The notes under the pieces are model-generated. The model worked only from the letters and a program-made list of their open reading frames with translations, ran no database searches and was not told the origin of the DNA. Below are positions 1 to 10,531 of a stretch of 39,721 nt of DNA, piece by piece. How positions within the stretch are numbered: position 1 is the stretch's first letter; the number at the start of each line of letters is the position of its first letter. The stretch covers positions 1-39,721 of the forward strand of contig JAVECL010000174.1 of NCBI GenBank assembly GCA_051942245.1, read 5' to 3'. The position numbers and the translations under genes are program-made. The stretch comes from Trypethelium eluteriae. Taxonomy: Eukaryota.

Positions 1-116
1 GACCCTTCTTACATCATTGGATCCTTGACACTCCGCTCCTACGTGAAAAAACCCTGAGACCACTCTACGTACCTGCTACAAGCTGTGCTTGTACCAGGGG
101 GTATAGGCTCATAACA
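1..116. mobile_element. Probable terminus of an LTR retrotransposon (partial LTR) inserted into the hAT relic
   Basis: This segment has normal GC content and ends ...CTCATAACA at 116 (TGTTATGAG on the minus strand), matching the TG...CA LTR end. It abuts exactly where the AT-rich hAT transposase frame breaks off. The other end is outside the window. Confidence 0.45.
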
Positions 117-1070
117 TATTCTGGCATTATTTTTAATTATAACTCCAATTTTTATTATAATTTTATACTTATTAAGAATAAAATAAAGAATCTCTTATTA
201 ATTAAAATTACTTTAATTATTTACTGTATAAAAAGCAATTAAAGGATTTTAATATTTATTATAAATATTAATAAAGCTGGTATAAATTCTAAGTATTAAA
301 GTATAATTAGGAGATGTCCAAATATTTAAAGTAATATAAATCTTTATCTTAGCTAATTAAAAAGCCTTTTATACAATATTTTAGGCCTCAAAAAAGTTTA
401 TATAAATTTATTTATTAATTATTAAATAACTTTTAGGAAAAAGAGGCAGTACTTTTTAATTAACAGCCTTTATTAAAGCATAAAATTCTGGCTATTTAAC
501 ATATAAAAATAGCAGCTATTATATAATAATAAGATCTAAGAATACTTACTTAATAATATTATTATGCATAACACTTTTTAAAATCTTATTCTTAAGCCCT
601 TAAATTTCCCCTTCACAAAGCAGTTTATTATATAATACTTAAAGTAAAGCATTAGCTTCTTTTTATATAATTATTAAAGCCTTTAAATAAAGTATTTAGT
701 TAATATTATATATTTTTAAATAAAGTTACAATCTATTTGTTAAAATAAAGTGTTCTTTTATATCTTTAATTAAATAATAATTGCAGCAATAAAGTCTCTT
801 TATACAAGATCTTTCTTTTAATATTAATTTTTAAGCATAATTATTTATAAAAAAAGAGGATTAATACACAGGAGCTATACTACTCATACATTAAGTAAAA
901 AGTAAAGCAAAAGAGGTATCAGATTGAATACTTGCTTAATCAAAGGATACCTCAAGATTTTCAGCCATAATTTTTGAGTGTCGTACGATAAAAGAATTAA
1001 TTTATCTATGATTTTTCTCAATTTATCTTGAGGTGGGCCGCTATCGGCCGATAGCTATCGGACAGTATCC
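117..1070 (-). mobile_element. RIP-degraded hAT-superfamily DNA transposon (5' part, transposase pseudogene 968->117)
   Basis: Extremely AT- and TpA-rich. The minus-strand frame from ATG at 968 has many TAA/TAG stops but recognisable hAT motifs: BED-finger relic (YCCNYY...YLKIYNI), 'LLFLYVK*PEFYALIKAVN' (cf. LPFSCVEWPEF), 'KIYITLNIWTSPN' at 306-326 (D-I-W-T-S-P-N with GAT>AAT) and 'KIGVIIKNNA' ending at 123 (GDNA). The ATG, NIWTSPN and KNNA anchors were checked to share one frame. Outer boundary is approximate. Confidence 0.8.
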
Positions 1071-1950
1071 TATCAGAGGCAAGTCTGGCAGGTACCTAGC
1101 GTGAGATGCACGAGCCGCCCCTGCCACTATGCAAGTAGCCAGCTCTCCACCTTGCTAGTTCAGCCATCCTTTTCCCCACCCATTCGTGTCCTCACCGCAA
1201 AGAGGCTTGAAGGATCACTGCTCCGTTCTTCAGCCCCATTTGGATTGTTTAATAAGACGAAAGTGCTTGCATAATCTTCGTGACTTGTCGTTGTATCGTA
1301 CAGTAAGGCGTTACTTTTCGTCACGTATCAGGCGCAGTTGGATAGAAATTACACAGTTCACCCGGTCAGAATGCTTAGATCACTAAAGCTATTCGGTTTG
1401 CGTTCAAACGCCGCATAGTAGACAGCCTGAGCAATATGTTTGTGAGACTCGTATCTGGCGCTAGCCTACGAAGCTTATCATTACAACCAACTCAAGGTTA
1501 GAAGACAAGATCGATGACACATATACACAGGCAGGGTTTGTGTGGCCTTCTAAACTTGTCACCATGCTGAACTGGAAGTCTGCTTGATGAAACCATTCCA
1601 AGCTCGATACTTCCGATCTCATTATACTCAATGCCGCTGATACGCTCGTTCTGACAGCAGTGAGAAAGAGCTGATCCTATCAGATGCGTAACCGTACTTG
1701 CGACTCGACGCCACGCGGCGGCAGTGGCTCTTATTCCGTTTCTTCCAGCCAGTTAGACGAAGGCGTAGGCGAAGGATGGGATGTGGAGCACACGGCTGGG
1801 ATACAGCTGCTGTGCAACCTCAGCAAGGCTGAGCCTTGTCGTAAATCTCATGAAAACTCTTCTTCGCTCTCCGTGCTGGTTGTCATCATACTTCGTAAAG
1901 CAAAATGCAAAGAACTACTTTCCAGACGATTTGACTGACACCCAAACGAG

Positions 1951-4939
1951 ATGACGCGCCGCCTCCAGCACGATGAGTATACGGTGGGCTGGATCTGCGC
2001 GCTGCCGGATGAACTTACCGCAGCACGGGAAATGCTCGACGAAGAGCATCAAGACCTGCCTTCGAACGGCAACGATACAAACATCTATTGCCTAGGCTGT
2101 ATTGGCGAGCACAATGTTGTTCTTGCCACTCTACCTGCAGGCTTGATAGGCATCGCTTCCGCTACGGCAGTCGCTATGCAGATAAAGTCAACATTCCCAG
2201 CTATCCGCTTTGGACTAATGGTGGGCATTGGAGGCGGCGTTCCAAGCAATCAAGCAGATATCCGACTTGGGGATGTTATTGTCAGCCAGCCAGGAAAGGG
2301 TCATGTTGGTGTGATTCAGTATGACTTTGGTAAATCAATACCAAACGGGTTTGACCAGACCGGCTTCCTAAACTCTCCGCCTCTCACTCTCCTCGGTGCA
2401 GTCATAAAGCTTCAATCCAATCACCGTCGAGGGAGAAGTAGTCTGTTGCCACACCTATCGAGACTCAGTGAACTCCCTGGATTCGCCCGCGATGAAGCAG
2501 GAAGCGATGTGCTATACGAAGCAGAATATAATCATGCTGGAGATTACGACTGTACATCGTGCGACAACAAGAGACAAGTGCAAAGGGTGGAGAGGAGGAA
2601 GGAGAAGATGGAGGAAAGACCTATGGTCCACTACGGTACGATCGCATCGGGAAACCAGGTGATGAGGGATAGTATAACGCGGAATAAGGTCAGCTCTGAG
2701 TTCGGAGGCGTGCTCTGTTTCGAGATGGAAGCGGCGGGGCTGATGAACAATTTCCCATGTTTGGTGATCCGTGGGATCTGCGACTACGCGGACTCGCACA
2801 AAAACAAGAAATGGCAGCCGTACGCAGCGGGAACAGCAGCGGCATATGCGAAAGAGCTGTTACTGCTTGTACCGGCAATAGATGTATCGACGATGCGGAC
2901 GATCCATGAAGCAACGAGAGGTCAGTGTCGTTAGCAAAGTTGATATAGGGTAACGAGACTGATACGCCGTAGAGTATCTTCCTTTCCCGCCGAATCGCCA
3001 ATTTACCGGTCGAAGCACAGAGCTCGATATACTAAAACGAAAGCTATTCACAAACAAGGAATGTCAGAAGACAGCACTAGTCGGCCTTGGTGGTGCCGGC
3101 AAGACACAAATCGCACTTCATTTTACGTACTGGGTTAAGAAAAACTACCCAGACTTCTCCATCTTCTGGATGCCTGTATTAAGTACAGAGACATTTGAGC
3201 AGGCGTGCATAGCGATAGCGAAAGAATTAGGGATACGTCACTGCCAAGAAAGCAAAGAGGATGTAAAATATGTGGTACAGCAACGGCTCAGTGCGAAGAC
3301 TGTGGGCAAGTGGTTGCTTATTGTCGACAACGCTGACGATATGGACCTCCTCTTTGGTGAGGGCGAAAGGCAAGGCTTACTAGACTTTCTACCCAGAAAT
3401 GATAATGGCCTCATATTATTCACAACTCGGACATTTGACGTCGCACAAGCTATAGTAGGCAGCGATGTGGTTGAGGTGGTGAGGATGGAGATGCAAGAGG
3501 CAATGGCCATGTTCCAAAAATCTTTGGTTCAAGTGAAGCCGCTGCATGACGAGATGGTGGACTTTCTTTCGGAGCTGGATTGTCTTCCGTTAGCGATTAC
3601 CCAGGCTGCAGCATATATCAACAGAAACCGAAGCTCCATGTTAGACTATCTACGGCTCTTGAAACAGACGGAGCAGGATGCTGTTATTCTCCTCAGCACA
3701 GAATTTCACGACAATGCAAGATACACTAATAGTGCAAATGCAGTTGCGAAAACATGGTTGATCAGTTTCAATCAGATCCTTGAGTACGATAAGATGGCTG
3801 CAGACCTTCTTGCCTTCATTTCAAGCATCGAGTGGAAAGCCATTCCACGTTCAATCTTACCCGTGGTCCAGTCGGAAGCAAGGATAGCAAGCGCTATCGG
3901 CACTCTTTGTTCATACTCGTTTCTGGAGAGAAGAAACTTTGGTCAGATGTTTGACATGCACAGGCTAGTCCACTTAGCGACTAGAATGTGGATTAGCCAG
4001 AACGGCAGAGAAGTGGTGACGAGAAAGACAGCACTAAAACACCTTGTAGAAGTTTTCCCGTCGGATGAGTACACAAATCGTGACATCTGGCGGAAGTATA
4101 TGCCGCATGTAGCATGCATAGAAAAGTACGAGCAATGTCAGAATACAGAGGGGAAGAGCATGCTCTGTCTAAATGTCGGGCGATGCTTAATAGTTGATGG
4201 AAGGATGCACGAAGCCGTTCTTTGGCTACAGAAGTCTTGTGACTGGAGAGATAGAAATCTCGCCGAAGATAACACTGATCGACTGGCATCACGGCGCGCG
4301 CTTGCCAGAGCCTATAGAGCAAACGGGCAGGTTAAGGAAGCAATTGATCTGTTAGAGCGTATTGTTGCAATAGAAGCAGGACTTACAGAAGACCATCCCA
4401 ATCAACTGGCATCACAGCATGCGCTTGCCGAAGCCTATAGAGCAAACGGGCAGGTTAAGGAAGCAATTGATCTGTTAGAGCGTGTTGTTATAATAAAAGC
4501 AGAGGTACTTACAGAAGACCATCCCGATCGACTGGCATCACAGCACGCGCTTGCTCTAGCCTATGCAGACAATGGACAGGTTACAGATGCGATCAAGCTG
4601 CTGGAATGTGTTGTTAATATAGAGCGGAGAATTATGGCGGAATATCACCCTTCGCGACGAGCATCGGAGAGGGCGCTTGCTGGTCTCAATGAGGAGTTAC
4701 AAATGAAGCCTGAAACAGGGCAGACGTCTGGACCTTCTATTGAAAACCTTGTGGATAGGAAGGAGGACGAGCGTCAATTCAATCCAGCACCACAAGTTTC
4801 ACAAGCTCTATCGCAAGTCAGTAACGCATGTGTTACGATACCAGACAGGTCATTGGCAGATCAAGGAATGAAGTCGAGCAGTACTTTGAGAAGGTTTCTT
4901 ATGAGGCGATTGAGACGCATTTCCAAGCGAGACAAGTAG
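1951..4939 (+). CDS. Fungal NLR: PNP_UDP_1 (nucleoside phosphorylase) effector domain + NB-ARC + TPR repeats, about 978 aa; exons 1951-2920, 2973-4939
   Basis: N-terminus has YTVGWICAL, GLMVGIGGG, CFEMEAAG and VIRGICDYADSHKNKKWQPYAA (PNP_UDP). Intron GTCAGT..CTGAT..TAG (2921-2972) joins in frame to YLPFPPNRQFTGR, Walker A GLGGAGKT, Walker B WLLIVDNAD, LPLAITQAA and MHRLVH, then 41-42 aa TPR-like repeats (HPDRLASQHALA). Confidence 0.93.
4262..4640 (+). repeat. Intragenic tandem TPR repeats (123/126 nt units) of high internal DNA identity
   Basis: An identical 52-nt block occurs at 4309-4360 and 4432-4483 (offset 123 nt). A third, more diverged unit follows. Confidence 0.9.
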
Positions 4940-5649
4940 CAATGGCGCTTCTGTTTTTGTACGTAAAAGATCCTGCGTCATTGGAGAAGGCTAGACTGCA
5001 GGCGCTGGAGCACAGGTTTTGTAAGAATTTAGAATTGAGTTACGTTGTCATCATAGGGTGGTACGTATATGATTGCTTTTGGGCTAATCAGAGTTAATAT
5101 ACGATAGTGTTTTTAATCTGATCCGGTGAAATAGCGACCTTCGTAAAAAACTTTGATCTCACGCCAGACACATCGTTGATGGGGCTGTAAGGCTCACATT
5201 GAGCTCTTTCACGGACTATAGGGGCGGTAAGAGACCAACGTAGACGCCGTGTTGAAGAATTTCTGTCGCACAATGAATCTGCACTTTAACGAAAGTAGGC
5301 GATAGATGGTCATGCTGTAACAATCGCTCGGGGAAAAGGGGGGATTGATCATGGAACTGTGGCTATAATGTATAGTTCATCTAGAATTTTGGAATGATCT
5401 GCAGGATGCAGAATGAGTATCGCTGTGAAGTGGAAGTATAATATATCAAGGTTTTAGGGGAGTACTATTTGCTGTGGTGCTGCTTGCTTAGATCACTGTA
5501 CCTTGATACATACCTCCACTTCTCAAGGATGAACAACATAGAGAATAAGAGGCCTGACGTAGCTTAACAGTAAGAAGTAGGATACCCGCATGCTATTAGT
5601 GGAATGAACAAAACTGTATACAAAAGCCATGGCAACCGGAACATATTGT

Positions 5650-6579
5650 TCACCACGAGAGCTGACACCTATCCTTAGTACTAGGAGCGTCACCACTGAC
5701 GACAATAGGCTCAGCATACTTCAGACTGACATCCGCAACGTCACGACGTATGCGACTTGGAGTACTACCATCGACATTAACAGGTTGGCTATTGGTAAGA
5801 CGGTGGCTGCATTGCTGGTTCTCCCCGGGAGTGATGATACTGTTTCCCTCACCGTTGTCACGCGCTACAGTGATGATCGTAGCGAACTGGTGGAAGATGT
5901 TCTCGTATTTCGGTTCGATGCCGCCATAGCCACCGTTGACATTCTCGTTGTAGACAGCGACGACAGTGTTCTGCGCAACATCCTCCAAGGCGTCCGTCTG
6001 GGCGTATGGATCCGGTACGTTCGAGTCCTGGTTGTAGTTATCCCACCAGTTGTCGGAGCTGGAGAGTTGGGAGCCATAGGCGCCGAGAAGATCAAGCGAG
6101 TGGCCGGTCTCGTGGACAAAGACGTTGGTCATGTCGTCAACGGGTCGGAAAAAGACAATGTTACCATTTGAGTTGTATGCGTGCCCGTCGGTACTCGGGA
6201 TGGTGATGATATGCCTGTCCCATTGACGCATTTGGATGGGGAGTTGGCTGAACTGGCGAGCCATGGAGTCGATAGTGACCTCAGAGTTTTTGTGGTAGCA
6301 GAAGAGCCAGGGATCTCCACAGTCACTGTACGTAACTTCATAGACTTCGTAATCAGTTGGGGCTTGACCTTCGTTGTTTGCAATATCGAAACAGTCCTTG
6401 GGGATTTGTCCGTTTGTCCATTGACTCAGCGTATATGCTGTCTGTGCAAGGTTGTCCTCGAGGCCTTGTTCAAGATAAGAGAGACTATCCACGAGAATAG
6501 GCTTAGTCAGTGGAGACGTGGTGTCGTGCTGAGCTAAGGCGAAGGAGGCGGCTGCCAAGGTACTCAAGAGGAGCTTCAT
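5650..6579 (-). CDS. Secreted HExxH zincin-like protein, conidiation-specific protein 13 (Con-13)-like, 309 aa
   Basis: Single-exon ORF with signal peptide MKLLLSTLAAASFALA, Cys pattern IPKDC..YSDCGDPWLFC, VHETGHSLD metal-binding motif and downstream EDVAQ. Confidence 0.78.
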   Translation of the reverse strand: MKLLLSTLAAASFALAQHDTTSPLTKPILVDSLSYLEQGLEDNLAQTAYTLSQWTNGQIPKDCFDIANNEGQAPTDYEVYEVTYSDCGDPWLFCYHKNSEVTIDSMARQFSQLPIQMRQWDRHIITIPSTDGHAYNSNGNIVFFRPVDDMTNVFVHETGHSLDLLGAYGSQLSSSDNWWDNYNQDSNVPDPYAQTDALEDVAQNTVVAVYNENVNGGYGGIEPKYENIFHQFATIITVARDNGEGNSIITPGENQQCSHRLTNSQPVNVDGSTPSRIRRDVADVSLKYAEPIVVSGDAPSTKDRCQLSW

Positions 6580-8414
6580 TGTGATGGAAAATGGATCTAA
6601 CTCTAATGGATGCGAAAGAATGTGTTTGACAGTTATTTATCAAGGTGGTTTTCAACGAGTGAAATCAATAGAAGGAGTGAGTATAGGAGTATAGAAGTAT
6701 ACAAGTGAATGAAGAAGATGCTATTCACTAGAAGAAAGACGAGATAGTACCCGGCTTTTATGAGTACATCAAAACAGCGTGCTGACCAACCTGTAGGGAA
6801 TTCACCTAGCGAATGCTCTGGCGTATCTCAATGCGCCTCTAAGTTTCAGAGTCATACTCGGACCACCAAGGCGAAGGCATCCTTAGCCTATAAAGGATTC
6901 CAATCCTTGGAGGTCTTAACCAGAGAAGGTAAACTTCCGTGATCTGTCCGAGATCCCCATAAGCTGGCTAGACGCGCTTGATTGGTTGAATTGCCAAAGT
7001 GCATCGGCTAGTCTCGCACATCAATCTCCTACTAGCGATCGCGCGCACTTTAGTGAAATAAAGGGTGATATCCAAAGCGAGGATTGACCGGAACGGCACC
7101 GCCGCTATGTGGGGCGACTTCTATTTCTGGAAGAATGAGCGAAACTAGAGAGCATCAAAAAGTATTCGTAGTGGCTTTGAACAAAACGCTTCACATGGAG
7201 AGGTAGTGCTCTAAGCATCAATTGCCTGCTCCATGCACGTACCGACGAGCGACGTGATGACTGGGCTGAACACCTTCTGTGTACATTCAGCCAGTTAAGA
7301 AATAAAATGATAACGACCAAACAAATAAGGCTCGTACTTTAGCCTTGCGGATTTTTTTTCCAAAGATAGAGCTGCGTCCGATGTCAGGTGGAAATCGCAT
7401 TTCAGGATTTTGAAGTTCGGAGATGTTTCTTACAATAACATCTACAGTAATAGGTAGGAATTCTTTACTCCTATCAACGGTAGGTCGTTTGGTGATCTCA
7501 GCGCTTAAGGAATAATGATACTTGCAATCTGAGCACACCGGTGAAGTAGGCTTTCGGCCGTACTACCCTGGCTCAGGCTTGAGAACTGCTTCAGCATCCT
7601 TGTGAACGTTTCCGGTATGTGAACGACCTATTTGGTCTAACGCGACAATGAATTAAGAATATCCGTGGCAGTAGACATATGACGATAATAACATGCTGGA
7701 GCTCAGAACACAAGAAGCAGAGGCGAAAGGCCTCGAGATCTTCGTGCAGTCATCTGACTCTTTGGTTGCTAAATTGACGGTGAAGACTATTACTATCCGG
7801 ATGCTAATTCGGAGTCCACTTGGATGTGGCGAGCTTACTCCGGCTACTAATGCGATACTAGGTCTATCGTAATCTTGACCAAGTGCGAGAAGCGCCTGTG
7901 CATCGCGCCTGGTAGGTTTCGCCAACAGGATTTCCAGTCGCGATAAGAATTCTTTGCAGTACGGGCACAGTTGGTGGCTTGGGCTGGCCGTGCAAAATTC
8001 AGACACCCTCACATCCCCGGTCCTCGGTCGTCGTGGGTGCGCGTGGCGGGGCCGGCCGGCTAGAGTACTCCATACTCTACTGCGAACCCTGGCTGACGAG
8101 GTATACGGTAGCGTACGGAGGTCAGGAGATTCGTTCCATAGAAACAGGCGCATCACGACGCCCTTCGACTTTTACTGGTCTCCACTGCATTTACCCTGCA
8201 CGTATTTCATTCCAATCGTTCCAGTACAGGTACATACATGCGCATTCAACATGTATATAGGGGTCAGAAGCATAACTGCAAAGCATCTCAAATGCAAAAG
8301 GCTGAATTAAATGCATTAGAAATGCATAAGCATAATTGTCCAAATAATGTCCGTACTCGGCTAATATAGTCTAGGTTTTACTGAGTTGGATCCCGTATCT
8401 CTCTATGAATGTCT

Positions 8415-8620
8415 CAGTCCAGATTTCCCATCTCTGTGTAGAATCCTCGCCTCGACACAGATCTCGCCTGTACGTAGGTCTTTCATCTCTATATAGGTCT
8501 ATGTATAGACCATAGATCTATGTGAATCTCTGTAGGAACAAAAGACCTACGCAGAGGTAAGAGACCTACGTAGAAACAAGAGATCCTCGCAGAGGCGAGA
8601 AACCTGCGCAGGGATGAGAG
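8415..8620. repeat. Imperfect fold-back built from about 19-bp units (MITE or minisatellite-like relic)
   Basis: Four direct units at 8543-8618 (AGACCTACGCAGAGGTAAG / AGACCTACGTAGAAACAAG / AGATCCTCGCAGAGGCGAG / AAACCTGCGCAGGGATGAG). Inverted copies lie in the left arm (TCTCGCCTGTACGTAGGTCTTT, about 8462-8483). A central hairpin GGTCTAT-GT-ATAGACC lies at about 8496-8511. Confidence 0.6.
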
Positions 8621-9444
8621 GAATAGAATCCAGACCTAATCTGGCTGGAATTTGATCGAGTCTAATTAAAATCAAGCCTCATTTGCCAGATATGGATAGC
8701 TCTCGGATACTTATGCTATCCAACCCAATCCTAGATATACATGATATTAGATAGTCTATTCCATGCTCTAGCATGCTTCTGACCCTTGGTTCTATATGTT
8801 GGTTGATGGAGTATGTGTTGTGCATGAGGGAAAGGACGGTGGATGAGTTTTCTGACCTTCTTAGGTAGACAGCGACGAAGGCTGGACCTGTCGGACTGGG
8901 ACTTCAGAAGCGGTGAGCAGACCGTGTACATGCCGCTTGTGAGGATGTACTGGTATTCTGGGATGAGGAAGACGGAATATCTATGAGAGCAGATACTGCG
9001 GAGGAAAACGTAGGCAAGCTCCAGGCTGGTGAGCATCGAGAACCACGAGACTATAGTTAACTGCTCGTAGGATCACTTTGAATTAGCATCTACACTTTGA
9101 AACCTAGATGAAAGGGTAAAAGATGTCTTGTCGTCAGATAGTTTGAGCTCTCATAGCGGGAAGATGCATCCTAATGGCAATTTTCCGTACCACCATAGTA
9201 GTACCGCGCACTTTGATCTAGGATATTCTAGGCTCGAGAGAGAACGGATAGAAAAAGGACAAGTCGTGTGACAGGCGAATGCTCAGAGTCCGGACCATCT
9301 CAGAACATTGCTAACGTTCTTTGCATGTCAGCATGAGACTAGCGTCTCCCCGTGAGATAATTGAATCTCTTCTCAAGAGGTGATTGAAGGACATGACCAT
9401 TGTGATTATCTTAATACCCGCAATAAAACAGATGCTCTTGGAAT

Positions 9445-10531
9445 TTATTCTCCGACCCGACATTGACGGGTCGCCTTGTCGCATTCTATTTTATCTTTCG
9501 GCAAAGCTCTCGACTTCGTGAATTCTTCGAACTTATCCCACGCTACGCATTGTCGCATGGCGTCGGCTTTCTCGTATATCGTGCTGTCATTCGTGTCCTT
9601 ATAGTGGAAGGTCCACATCGTTGTGTCGACGTTACACATGACGAAGTCGCGAAGCGTATCTATGCAATGGTCTACCATGAGATGACGTTAGTGCATCAGG
9701 TCAAGACATGGAACAGCCGATTGGGTTCCTGCCAGTCCCGATTGGTGATTGGCTCACCTAGATGCCATTCAGGAGGAATAGTATGGTTGTGCTGCCCGCG
9801 ATAAAGGTGATTTCGGAGTTCCCTCTTTTACCTGCCATTAAACATGAAGGCAATACGCTGGTTCGCAACGAACTTACCAAGCAGTGTAGTGTGTGGTACA
9901 CACCAAAAAGGGCCATGTAACCTTGTCCTTCGGCAAGGCGAAGAGAGGTATCCGGATCCTCATGGCCTAGTATCAGCTCTTCTCGAGAAGCTCGAGCGAA
10001 GCTCGCTACATGTTCCATTAGTGTTTAAGAAGTGGGTTGAGAGAGTAGCATCACATACGTGAGAGTAGCTTGTTCCACGCGGAATCCACAGCGGCATTCA
10101 TACCGCCAGCCCATTGACTGTGATGAGTTGTATCGGCATCATACGGGTGGTTCGTTCTGTACTCGATTGCTTGGTTTGCCGGAGCTACAATATTATCGTA
10201 TTAGCTAAGACTGCTGCTGCCCTTTCCGGCCTGCTAAAGCTCGGCTCATTGAACTCCCCGTACAGAATGGTCGCATCGGGCAGGTAGCCTTCGCGTTGTC
10301 CAGGTTCTTCACAATGAAGATGACGCCAAATACCCATATGATTGCAATAGAAAGATGAATAAGAATAGAAACGTTGAGGAAGCCTCGGATATCCCAGATT
10401 GTTTTGTGAATGCGGGACTGATCACATTTTTCAGTACATCCAATATCACTCTCCTCCGCAGATGAGGATTCTCTTTGCTCAGCTAGAAAGGCTTGGCATT
10501 CGAGATCCTCATTCGGTGCAACGCGACTCAT
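9445..10531 (-). CDS. DUF3328 / UstYa-family oxidase (RiPP cyclase-type), about 271 aa; exons 10531-10264, 10184-10059, 10005-9878, 9824-9758, 9671-9445
   Basis: The spliced model is phase-consistent (816 nt). It has an N-terminal TM helix, PFSPANQAIEY, VDSAWNKLL, first motif LFGVYHTLHCL, second motif HLDHCIDTLRDFVMCNVDTT and RQCVAWDKF. Two HxxHC motifs are the family hallmark. Confidence 0.92.

Noticed and set aside
5629..6537. Plus-strand ORFs of 180 and 118 aa
   Set aside because: Antisense shadows of the Con-13-like gene, with no motifs of their own.
7100..8310. Short ORFs including LCPYCKEFL (possible HET-type or other gene relic)
   Set aside because: A single CxxC is insufficient, and I could not build a consistent spliced model.
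8543..8618. 19-bp repeats as a CRISPR-like array
   Set aside because: Eukaryotic context, no spacers, degenerate units and no cas genes.
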